Below, piece by piece: positions 1 to 7,398 of a stretch of 64,000 bases of DNA. Each line of letters starts with the position of its first letter. The first letter of the stretch is position 1. The notes under the pieces are model-generated. The model was not told where the DNA came from. It did no database searches and saw only the letters and a program-made list of their open reading frames with translations. Position numbers and translations under genes: made by a program. Source of the stretch: an uncultured virus (IMG/VR IMGVR_UViG_3300027805_000007) (lineage: Duplodnaviria > Heunggongvirae > Uroviricota > Caudoviricetes); IMG/VR virus record IMGVR_UViG_3300027805_000007; one strand, 5' to 3'.

Positions 1-102
1 GCGGATTGTGTCAGGATCCGAGATAGCCGTCTGCAACGCCATGTCAACGAGCATCTCAGAATGAGACTGCCATGGGCGTGCGGTAGGCATCTGTTGAGCC
101 AT
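1..102 (-). CDS. Hypothetical protein, 5' part only (MAQQMPTARPWQSHSEMLVDMALQ...), runs off the window edge
   Basis: ATG at 102, 3 nt after the stop of the upstream gene; frame open to position 1. Confidence 0.65.
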   Translation of the reverse strand, partial: MAQQMPTARPWQSHSEMLVDMALQTAISDPDTIR

Positions 103-105
103 TAT

Positions 106-321
106 TTAATCCTGAAACCAGTCTGTGTTTGGGCGTGGTATGCCATAAGGATTTGCATGGTCGTCACCATATGGCTCTTTACCACTACCACCTGTTTGGG
201 TGTATGGCTTCTTTGGTGGCTTACCACCAGCACCACCAGAGGCAGGGTGATTACGCATCTTCCATGTCTTCATGTCAACGATGCGTGCCTCGTTGCGTGA
301 TTCGTCAGTACCATTTGCCAT
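106..321 (-). CDS. Small hypothetical protein (G/P/K-rich)
   Basis: Tightly packed in the minus-strand operon; start overlaps upstream stop. Confidence 0.7.
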   Translation of the reverse strand: MANGTDESRNEARIVDMKTWKMRNHPASGGAGGKPPKKPYTQTGGSGKEPYGDDHANPYGIPRPNTDWFQD

Positions 322-527
322 TAGTAGTCTTCTCGTCTTTCTTCAATTGACAAATACTTAGATTCTTCTGGACCCATTCGCCTTTTTGACGCTTCGTATT
401 CATCCATAGCATCTTGCTTGGTTTCATGGATTCCAAACGTTTCACCATCATGCAAAACATGCCATTTAGAAAATGAACGACCCACTTGACGGTTAGGGTG
501 CCGTCCTGTGTCTTCTCCACGTGCCAT
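321..527 (-). CDS. Small hypothetical protein
   Basis: Operon packing; GGAGA RBS inside the end of the upstream gene. Confidence 0.7.
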   Translation of the reverse strand: MARGEDTGRHPNRQVGRSFSKWHVLHDGETFGIHETKQDAMDEYEASKRRMGPEESKYLSIEERREDY

Positions 528-529
528 TG

Positions 530-1021
530 TTATCTCCAGTTAGGGGCTAGTGCTTTAAGTTTTGATTTGCGTTCAAGGCTCATTTCCATAGCCTCATCAC
601 GCTTTTGATCTCGTGAAATACCACGAGGACCAACCTTGCCATCATTAGTAAGACGCACAGGCTCTGCGCCCTGTGGCGCAAACTTCAAACCTTGTGCTTG
701 ATACTGAAGGGCAGTATAAAGGTTGAACTCATCGGGCCATAGATAATCGCCCGCATTAATGCGTTCACCTTTGTGCACACCACGTGAGTACTGGCGAGCA
801 TTCATTCGGCTAAGTGAGCCAAGGATCTTGTCTTGACGGCGGTTAGCCGACATGGTTCCTAGGTATCCGTCTGGATACTGTGTGTCAGCGCCACGCTGGT
901 AACCAGAGAGCGCTAGATCTTTGGCGTTACGGAATACTGGCTGTGGACCAAAGTCAGCCTGCGAGTTACCACCTGGGGGTGCCGATGGTGTCTGCCAAGA
1001 CGTAAAAGTGTTTTTACTCAT
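530..1021 (-). CDS. Hypothetical phage protein
   Basis: 163-aa ORF with ATGA overlap with upstream small ORF. Confidence 0.8.
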   Translation of the reverse strand: MSKNTFTSWQTPSAPPGGNSQADFGPQPVFRNAKDLALSGYQRGADTQYPDGYLGTMSANRRQDKILGSLSRMNARQYSRGVHKGERINAGDYLWPDEFNLYTALQYQAQGLKFAPQGAEPVRLTNDGKVGPRGISRDQKRDEAMEMSLERKSKLKALAPNWR

Positions 1022-1185
1022 ATGTTTGTTTGACCTTGTCCACTTGGTGTAAGTAGTCCTCCCATTGTACCTCCACCTAGGGGTGAGATTGGGCGAGGTG
1101 AGTATCGTGCACCATTACGCTCTTTAGACAACGATGGAGGCACACGAGTTCCTCTTGTCTTGCGGGGCTTCTTCTTGGAAGCCAC
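1018..1185 (-). CDS. Small basic protein, 55 aa (MASKKKPRKTRGTRVPPSLSKERNG...), absent from the ORF track
   Basis: GTG start 2 nt after upstream stop; ATGA overlap with the next gene; fills the gap exactly. Confidence 0.65.
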   Translation of the reverse strand: MASKKKPRKTRGTRVPPSLSKERNGARYSPRPISPLGGGTMGGLLTPSGQGQTNI

Positions 1186-1187
1186 AA

Positions 1188-1817
1188 TCACATCTCGTTA
1201 GGCTTTTTTGCCCTAGGGTTTGGGATTGTTGCTTGCGGGTAATCTTTAGTTGCTACTGAAGGTGCCTCAATGCGCTTAGTGCGCTTCCTAGGCTTCTCAT
1301 TAGGCAACAAAGCCATACGCCGTTCACGCTTTGCTTTGCTTCCTTGCTTTTTCTTGGCGGCTTTTTGTTGGTCTGCCCATGCAAGTTTGTCTGCAACGTA
1401 CTTATCTCTGCCAGCCATGTACTCATCATCTGTAGCAGGAGCACCTACCGCCTTACCCAGTTGGCGTGGGTGCTGACGCTCTAGTGCTTCTGGATCTGTA
1501 GTGGTCATACCACGACCTGCAAGGCTTTCAACGGTGCGTGTGTTTGGATCACGCAATGCAATGCGGACGTTTCCTACATCACCAATCTTGCTTGTCTTAG
1601 TGGTAGTGCCACGCTCAATTTTGATGCGGTTAGTCCATTTAACTGGGAACCCAGCATCATCTGGACCCAGTGTGCCTGCTTCACGAGCAGGCGTGTGGAT
1701 CATAGGAACAACAATCTCACGAGGTTCTTCCGAAGATTTAGCGGTGTTAGGTTGATCCCAAATCTTAAATGGAGATTCTGAACCCGCTCCAGATGCGAAG
1801 TGGTCTTTACGAGCCAT
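1188..1817 (-). CDS. Hypothetical protein with K/R-rich C-terminus
   Basis: 209-aa ORF, TAATG coupling. Confidence 0.8.
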   Translation of the reverse strand: MARKDHFASGAGSESPFKIWDQPNTAKSSEEPREIVVPMIHTPAREAGTLGPDDAGFPVKWTNRIKIERGTTTKTSKIGDVGNVRIALRDPNTRTVESLAGRGMTTTDPEALERQHPRQLGKAVGAPATDDEYMAGRDKYVADKLAWADQQKAAKKKQGSKAKRERRMALLPNEKPRKRTKRIEAPSVATKDYPQATIPNPRAKKPNEM

Positions 1818-2419
1818 TAACGCTTTTTGTTTTCGTCCATGATTCGCTTAGTACGCACTTCTTGTGCATCAACTGCCATCTCTGGGTTCTTCTTTACTTT
1901 CTTCTGCATGGCTTTAATGCCACCAGTCTTCATGGTTCTAACGGTTTCGTTGTCAGCGGTTTCTTGTTCGCTACCGATGTAGCGAGTATCTGGCTTAGTC
2001 CAGTTCTCATTCAAACGGTTGTCAGCGGCTTTGGCGGCATCATATGCCTGACCTGCTTTTGCTGACTTTGCCATTGCCTTAGGCTTGTTAATACTCTTCA
2101 AAGCCTTTGCGGTACGCTTATCCGATTTGACTTGGGCTTTTCCTGCTGGGGTGTCATCACCAATCCATACTTTACCACCGTCTACGGAGTCCATGGAATT
2201 GATATAAACCTTATTGGTTACCGATGACTTGTAACTTGATGGACCTTCACGGCGAAGACCAACTTCATTACGATCTTCTGTCATGTTGTAACGAGTATTA
2301 GGACCTGTTGAGCGAGTTGTGACTGGTCCAAAAGGAGTTTGAGAGGTAGAAGTTACACCATGTGGATCGTCTCCACGTCCGTAACTTGTACCACCACGAA
2401 GTTTATTAAAAATGCCCAT
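1817..2419 (-). CDS. Hypothetical basic protein
   Basis: 200-aa ORF, GAGG RBS, operon packing. Confidence 0.8.
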   Translation of the reverse strand: MGIFNKLRGGTSYGRGDDPHGVTSTSQTPFGPVTTRSTGPNTRYNMTEDRNEVGLRREGPSSYKSSVTNKVYINSMDSVDGGKVWIGDDTPAGKAQVKSDKRTAKALKSINKPKAMAKSAKAGQAYDAAKAADNRLNENWTKPDTRYIGSEQETADNETVRTMKTGGIKAMQKKVKKNPEMAVDAQEVRTKRIMDENKKR

Positions 2420-2421
2420 GA

Positions 2422-2712
2422 CTACCTCACTACTGGTTTAAATGAGATAGCCGAGATGGCTTCTCCGTTATCTCCAATAATATCATCAAAGCCAATAATG
2501 TAAGTAAGATCAACACCACGTGGGGCAACAAAGCCTCTAGCAATTGCAGCGGCTTTTGCTGCTTGGTTGACTGCACTTGCACCAATGGCTCGCATCTTTG
2601 GTGCTTGCCCTGCATTTACTGCACGAGCAAGAATAGATCCAACGCTTTGAGGGTTACTGGAACCTGAGACTTTGAGGACGTCTTCAATTGCAGAATTAAG
2701 TTCTTGTGACAT
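2422..2712 (-). CDS. spoVS: SpoVS-family protein (Alba-like fold)
   Basis: LKVSGSSNPQSVGS..., AIGASAVNQAAKAAAIARGFVAPRGVDL closely matches SpoVS consensus; AGGAG RBS. Confidence 0.9.
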   Translation of the reverse strand: MSQELNSAIEDVLKVSGSSNPQSVGSILARAVNAGQAPKMRAIGASAVNQAAKAAAIARGFVAPRGVDLTYIIGFDDIIGDNGEAISAISFKPVVR

Positions 2713-2757
2713 AGTAGTACTCCTAATAGAACAAAGTGTTTAAATTGTTCCCAAAGT

Positions 2758-3123
2758 TTAGAAGTACTCTGCCTCTTTCAAGAGGTCTATCAGGTCATCT
2801 AGCCTCATCACAGCGTATGAGTCACCCAACGCTTTTTCCCCTTTACCTTTCCTCTTCACAACCAACGCAGGAACGCCGTCACCTAAACGGTCTGCCTGCT
2901 CTACGGTGTCGTTGAGCCAGCCACTGATGTTGAATGATTTATCGTTCTTACACTGGATTGCAACCTCACGTTCGGTTACACGGCGCACAATGCCATTGAT
3001 GTCACCTGTGTCCTGTGCTCCAGCAAGGGCTGTTCTACGAGCGTTCTTGAAACCTGCGCTGATCAAGTACTCCTTGACCAAAGTCTCAAAGGCTGTCCCT
3101 TTGGCTTTATGTTTATTTCCCAC
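2758..3123 (-). CDS. Holliday-junction resolvase, Hjc-like PD-(D/E)XK nuclease
   Basis: KAKGTAFE, DTGDI, AIQCKN, and C-terminal YAVMRLDDL motifs. Confidence 0.8.
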   Translation of the reverse strand: MGNKHKAKGTAFETLVKEYLISAGFKNARRTALAGAQDTGDINGIVRRVTEREVAIQCKNDKSFNISGWLNDTVEQADRLGDGVPALVVKRKGKGEKALGDSYAVMRLDDLIDLLKEAEYF

Positions 3124-3134
3124 TGCGTACTCCT

Positions 3135-3920
3135 TTACTTGTACTTAGTGATAACAGGGTATCCAGTAGTTGGGCACATCTCTAAATCTGGTGATATTGG
3201 GCTGGTGTAACTACGGACAAGCAAGCGCTGTACCCAACGATCGGTACCGTCATAGCGGGCTTGAAATGGTTTGCGACCATGAACAGTATTGGAGTTATCA
3301 ATAATAAAAAGATCCCCAGTAGCCAGCGCTACCTCTTGAGTGTGTTTTTCTACAACACGCCCAAATTCTTCTAAAGCATCTTGAGCCGCCGCCGTTGTGC
3401 CATGCATAACAGACTTGTCGTAGCACATGGTGCTACGCCCGTCTTTAACGCCAAGTATGGACGTAGTGACAATGGTGTCAGACTCTCCGTTAGTTCTAAA
3501 ACTCTCATCAACAGATGTTTCAAATAAGGGCATTGATAAAAGAGCAATACAAACATCGTCTAACTCAGGCAAGATGTCATGCAACTGCGCATAAGTTGTA
3601 AAGGCTTGCGGATCACCTCGTAGACACAACAACATAATGTAGTCAGGCTTGTAAGGGTGAAAGGCTGTCTCTGTATGTAGGTCAAGGTTGACTTTAGATG
3701 ACGATGAGATCTGCGAGTACTCGGTCTTTGGGTTAGGCACGATGTTCTGAATCAACCTGCCGTTTTGTTCTTGCTTGTAACCAACTGGAATGCCAAAGTT
3801 CTTTGCGTAATGAAACATAGTGTGACGAGCAACGTGACACGTATTTTCATCAATGTGTGGCGTAATGGGAGTTGCTGGAATAGGACCAATCGGCAGGTCT
3901 TTAAACAAGAAGATGGTCAT
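3135..3920 (-). CDS. TauD/TfdA-family, clavaminate-synthase-like Fe(II)/2OG dioxygenase (AsnO/VioC-like)
   Basis: LHTETAFHPYKPDYIMLLCLR (HxE iron motif) and IDN..TVHGRKPFQARYDGTDRWVQR. Confidence 0.85.
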   Translation of the reverse strand: MTIFLFKDLPIGPIPATPITPHIDENTCHVARHTMFHYAKNFGIPVGYKQEQNGRLIQNIVPNPKTEYSQISSSSKVNLDLHTETAFHPYKPDYIMLLCLRGDPQAFTTYAQLHDILPELDDVCIALLSMPLFETSVDESFRTNGESDTIVTTSILGVKDGRSTMCYDKSVMHGTTAAAQDALEEFGRVVEKHTQEVALATGDLFIIDNSNTVHGRKPFQARYDGTDRWVQRLLVRSYTSPISPDLEMCPTTGYPVITKYK

Positions 3921-4438
3921 GGGTTGTATCGTGCTTGTCTGCGCTCCTGCGGAGCGATGCTGATACGGCGACTGAGTTCTCGGGACAACACTTGTGCGCC
4001 ACGCTCACAGCGTTCAAACACAGCGTCCACCATCTTGCGATAAGCACGAGAATTCAGGTGCTCTTCTTGTTGTTCAATTACTTCAGGGTCTACGTCTCGG
4101 CGGGCTTTAGCCAGCGTTACGGTGTCACCTTTAGCGGTGTCACTCCACTGACCGATTAAACACTTGGCTTCAACGATCCGACAGTTGTTTGCTTGTCGCT
4201 CTTCGTTGATTTCTGCTTCAACCAATTCTGCTTTGGCGTATGAAACCCATGCCATGAACTCTCCGTAGAGAGACATCAACTCAGCGTCTGATAACTCGTC
4301 CAGATACTGGGGTACCTGTGGCATTTCCCCCGCTGGTCGTGGGGGCATCGTGAACTTCTGATTGAACTTCTCCCTCACTGACGAGTCGTTCTGTGGCTTT
4401 GTCAATGTCATCGGTTCTGGGCGCAGTATTGTTCTCAT
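3917..4438 (-). CDS. Coiled-coil protein, possible UvsY-like recombination mediator
   Basis: Helical, ends LSRELSRR; near RecA and nuclease; GGAAGG RBS before 4438, though the start could be further in. Confidence 0.55.
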   Translation of the reverse strand: MRTILRPEPMTLTKPQNDSSVREKFNQKFTMPPRPAGEMPQVPQYLDELSDAELMSLYGEFMAWVSYAKAELVEAEINEERQANNCRIVEAKCLIGQWSDTAKGDTVTLAKARRDVDPEVIEQQEEHLNSRAYRKMVDAVFERCERGAQVLSRELSRRISIAPQERRQARYNP

Positions 4439-5306
4439 CGTTTTCCTTCCAGCATGTGTTTTTGTATGGGCATTGTTTGCATGTTTTATGTTCTGAGTCC
4501 GTTACCCACGCTGGGCGCATGGGTGGGACTGAAGAATCTAGCGCCCGAACTACAGTTTCGCAAGCGCTTAAGATTGGGTCAACTAATTCCTGCTGGAACT
4601 GGACTACGAACTCTTTAACTTCTTGGGTGGCTTTCCACTCATAGATAAAGACCATGGTGTCAATACCTGTGCAGTACATGTACAACATGGCTTGACGCAC
4701 ATGGGACTGGAACGGCTGTCGGATGCGCTTCCACATCTCATCGGGATTACCTTCAGAATCTTTAAATATGTCGTAACTCTCAAAGCGAATAGTGCCAGCG
4801 CCAACACTTTTAATCTCAATAAGAAATGGCTTGTCCTTACCGTTGTTTACAATGCCGTCAGCATGTCCAAGGATGTGGAACTGCTCGTTGGTTACAGGTA
4901 CCTCACGGTAGATGGGATTAGGAGTGCCACATGATGGACATTTTTGTGGACTCAAATCCACCCATTTGTGACTACAAATATCATTCTTGCATTGCCATGT
5001 GCCATGTAGTACGCCAGCGTCACGAAGCCATCCTTGCCACTTGGCGTGGATTGCATGTCCTTCTGCAAAGACGTTTAAACGTTGGAACGCAAACTTCTCG
5101 TCCTCTTTCTCATAACCCTTGATGGTGTACCAAGATGAACGAGGACACCAATCCTTCTTAGCGATCTCGCTCGGGTGCAAGTGAGCGGTGTCTCGTGTAG
5201 ATGACAAGCGCTCTTTAATTAACTGAGCCTGCACAATAGGAAGCACCTTGCCTTTACTGGTGAGTGCCTTTTTATATTCCTGTAAGTGCCATGGTGTTTC
5301 AGCCAT
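4281..5306 (-). CDS. Cas4/RecB-like PD-(D/E)XK exonuclease with Fe-S staple cysteines and a Zn-ribbon insert
   Basis: HPSE..WCPR, GHAIH, GHADG, IEIKS, QAMLY, CKQCPYKNTC; extra CxxxxC...CPSC. Confidence 0.85.
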   Translation of the reverse strand: MAETPWHLQEYKKALTSKGKVLPIVQAQLIKERLSSTRDTAHLHPSEIAKKDWCPRSSWYTIKGYEKEDEKFAFQRLNVFAEGHAIHAKWQGWLRDAGVLHGTWQCKNDICSHKWVDLSPQKCPSCGTPNPIYREVPVTNEQFHILGHADGIVNNGKDKPFLIEIKSVGAGTIRFESYDIFKDSEGNPDEMWKRIRQPFQSHVRQAMLYMYCTGIDTMVFIYEWKATQEVKEFVVQFQQELVDPILSACETVVRALDSSVPPMRPAWVTDSEHKTCKQCPYKNTCWKENDENNTAPRTDDIDKATERLVSEGEVQSEVHDAPTTSGGNATGTPVSGRVIRR

Positions 5307-5634
5307 CGTTTAGTCCTGTCATCTCTATGAAATCGTCTTCTGTTAAAACCACATACCGTCTGTTATTTAAATCAAATTGTAAGACTGGAAGGCGGTCTTC
5401 TAATATGGCACGCTCCACCAGTTCTGACAAGTCTTTGTGCTTAAGTGTGATCTGCTTGGCATTTGTGGTGAACTTGTTTTCAATCAAGATCTCGCTAGTG
5501 CGGACGTCATTCTTCCGTAGCCAACCTGAGCCTGATCCAGCGTTACGACTTCCTTTGTAGGTTTTAGCGCTTCGCTGTTCCTGCTTCTTGGAAGTCTTGT
5601 TGATGGCTTTGCGGTCATCTCCGCCAAGGATCAT
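5299..5634 (-). CDS. Small PD-(D/E)XK nuclease, resolvase-like
   Basis: SKKQE..SGSG..KNDV..LIENKFT pattern. Confidence 0.7.
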   Translation of the reverse strand: MILGGDDRKAINKTSKKQEQRSAKTYKGSRNAGSGSGWLRKNDVRTSEILIENKFTTNAKQITLKHKDLSELVERAILEDRLPVLQFDLNNRRYVVLTEDDFIEMTGLNDG

Positions 5635-6647
5635 TCAAGACCAAACTTAGTGAAGACTTCTTTAGTGATCTTGTCTCGGAGGTCTGCGTCTTCACGAACT
5701 GCTTGGAGCACACCGTCCTTGCCTTGCCACTTCTGATCGCCGTACGAGTAGTAAGCGCCAGCACGAGTAATCAACTCGTATGCAATAGCAATGTTGACAA
5801 CATCCTTGGTTGTATCAAAGTCACCACGATTAAATCCTGTGGTATCTGCAAAGTAATAATCAACTACAGCAACTTGTTGTGGTCTGTAGGTTTTGTTCTT
5901 CATGGTGCGAGCCTTGATGGTTTGACCAACAGTCTCGTCTTTGGCTTTAATCCATTCGTCACGCTTTACTTCAACACGGCAGAAGTAGTGGAAGTTCTTA
6001 GCCTTACCACCTGGGGTCGTGCGGTTGTCTCCCCACATAACACCAATCTTCTCACGCCACTGGTTAATCATGATGCCTGTGCACTGGCGCTCGTCATGGA
6101 TCAATGAGCGTTTCTGTGACTTAGAAGACTTACGGAAGAACTTACCTGTGAGACGAGCACCAAGACCTACAGTGAACTCTTCCATCATCTTTTCTGATTC
6201 ATCACTTGGTACAAGTGCAGGCAACGAATCAATAACAATCATGTCAACAGCACGGTTATCAAGTGTCTTGATGACAAGGTCATATACCTGTTCCATGATG
6301 TTGGACTCAACAACCCACAGTCGTTCAAGGTCTACGCCAATGCTCTTGGCATAGTCAGGTACGTATTCTTCAGCCGCAACCCAAAGTGCTGTGAAATCTG
6401 GGTCAAGTGCTTGATTAGCCGCAATTGTTTTGTACGCAAGAGCAGTTTTACCCGATGACTCTTCACCAATAATTTCACTCCATTGATTAGCAGGCCACCC
6501 TCCACCAAGCATGAGGTCATACGCAAGAACGCCTGTCGTGATACGTGGCATGAGTTCACGCACTTCACTGCCTTTGACGATGGCTCCATCGCCGTACTTC
6601 TTGTTCATCGCATTGATGATTGAATTAAGCGACTCGTAGTCTGACAT
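5631..6647 (-). CDS. recA: RecA recombinase
   Basis: Walker A GEESSGKT, IVIDSLPAL, INQWREKIGVMWG..TTPGGKA, GAYYSY..WQGK. Confidence 0.96.
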   Translation of the reverse strand: MSDYESLNSIINAMNKKYGDGAIVKGSEVRELMPRITTGVLAYDLMLGGGWPANQWSEIIGEESSGKTALAYKTIAANQALDPDFTALWVAAEEYVPDYAKSIGVDLERLWVVESNIMEQVYDLVIKTLDNRAVDMIVIDSLPALVPSDESEKMMEEFTVGLGARLTGKFFRKSSKSQKRSLIHDERQCTGIMINQWREKIGVMWGDNRTTPGGKAKNFHYFCRVEVKRDEWIKAKDETVGQTIKARTMKNKTYRPQQVAVVDYYFADTTGFNRGDFDTTKDVVNIAIAYELITRAGAYYSYGDQKWQGKDGVLQAVREDADLRDKITKEVFTKFGLE

Positions 6648-7049
6648 TTATACTCCCCAGTTGGATTGGTCTGCTTGTGAATATCTTCCGTTCCAACCAC
6701 ACGAATAACATCGTGGGGCTGGCTGTGCTCCGTTGATCATACTGTTGGAACCACGCCCAACACGACTAAATACATAAATACTTCCGCACTCTGGACAAGT
6801 GGCGTCACCTTCTTTACGAGCGGCTTCACCACCTTTCCATAAACGCAATGCTTCACCCATGGAGATTTGTTCTGTGGGTGCACGGTTTGGATCTAAAACA
6901 TTTTGATTATGCGCTGTTTGATGCACCTGCGGAGCAGTCTGTTGTTGTGGCGCAGGGAAACGCAAAGGAGGAGTAGTAGGTGGGGTTGCTGTTGTCCGTG
7001 TAGGCGCTGGCTTCTCTCCTGCGATCTTTTTGCTCCACCAATCACTCAT
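6648..7049 (-). CDS. Zinc-ribbon protein
   Basis: CPECGS...CYSCGW motifs. Confidence 0.75.
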   Translation of the reverse strand: MSDWWSKKIAGEKPAPTRTTATPPTTPPLRFPAPQQQTAPQVHQTAHNQNVLDPNRAPTEQISMGEALRLWKGGEAARKEGDATCPECGSIYVFSRVGRGSNSMINGAQPAPRCYSCGWNGRYSQADQSNWGV

Positions 7050-7398
7050 ACTCTTCTCCGTAAAGTATATCGTCCAACATAATTAACACTTTTTCAGCCT
7101 CAGCAAGTTTATTTACTACAGCCATACCAAAGACAGTCAGCACCGCAGTAAGTTCATCTTTAGGGGAAACTAGTTTATCGGATTTTTCTAAGAAATCAGC
7201 AAACCAATTTGCTCCTTCTAGTATTTCGTTGTATATCTCGGTTGCCAAGAAAACTCCCCAACGTGACAAGATGTCTGCATATTCAACTTCTCGCACGTCC
7301 TCAGATGGTGGTGAAAACCCCATAGTCTCGGCGTACCCCTGACCATCAGGAACTGACAGCATTAAATAAAAGTTACGCCGATCTATGTCGGTCATCAC
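7042..7398 (-). CDS. Hypothetical protein
   Basis: GTGA overlap with the polymerase stop; operon packing. Confidence 0.75.
   Translation of the reverse strand: MMTDIDRRNFYLMLSVPDGQGYAETMGFSPPSEDVREVEYADILSRWGVFLATEIYNEILEGANWFADFLEKSDKLVSPKDELTAVLTVFGMAVVNKLAEAEKVLIMLDDILYGEEYE

Noticed and set aside
4281..5306. CRISPR-Cas system suggested by the Cas4-like nuclease
   Set aside because: No repeat-spacer array or other cas genes seen; stand-alone Cas4-like nucleases are common in phage recombination modules
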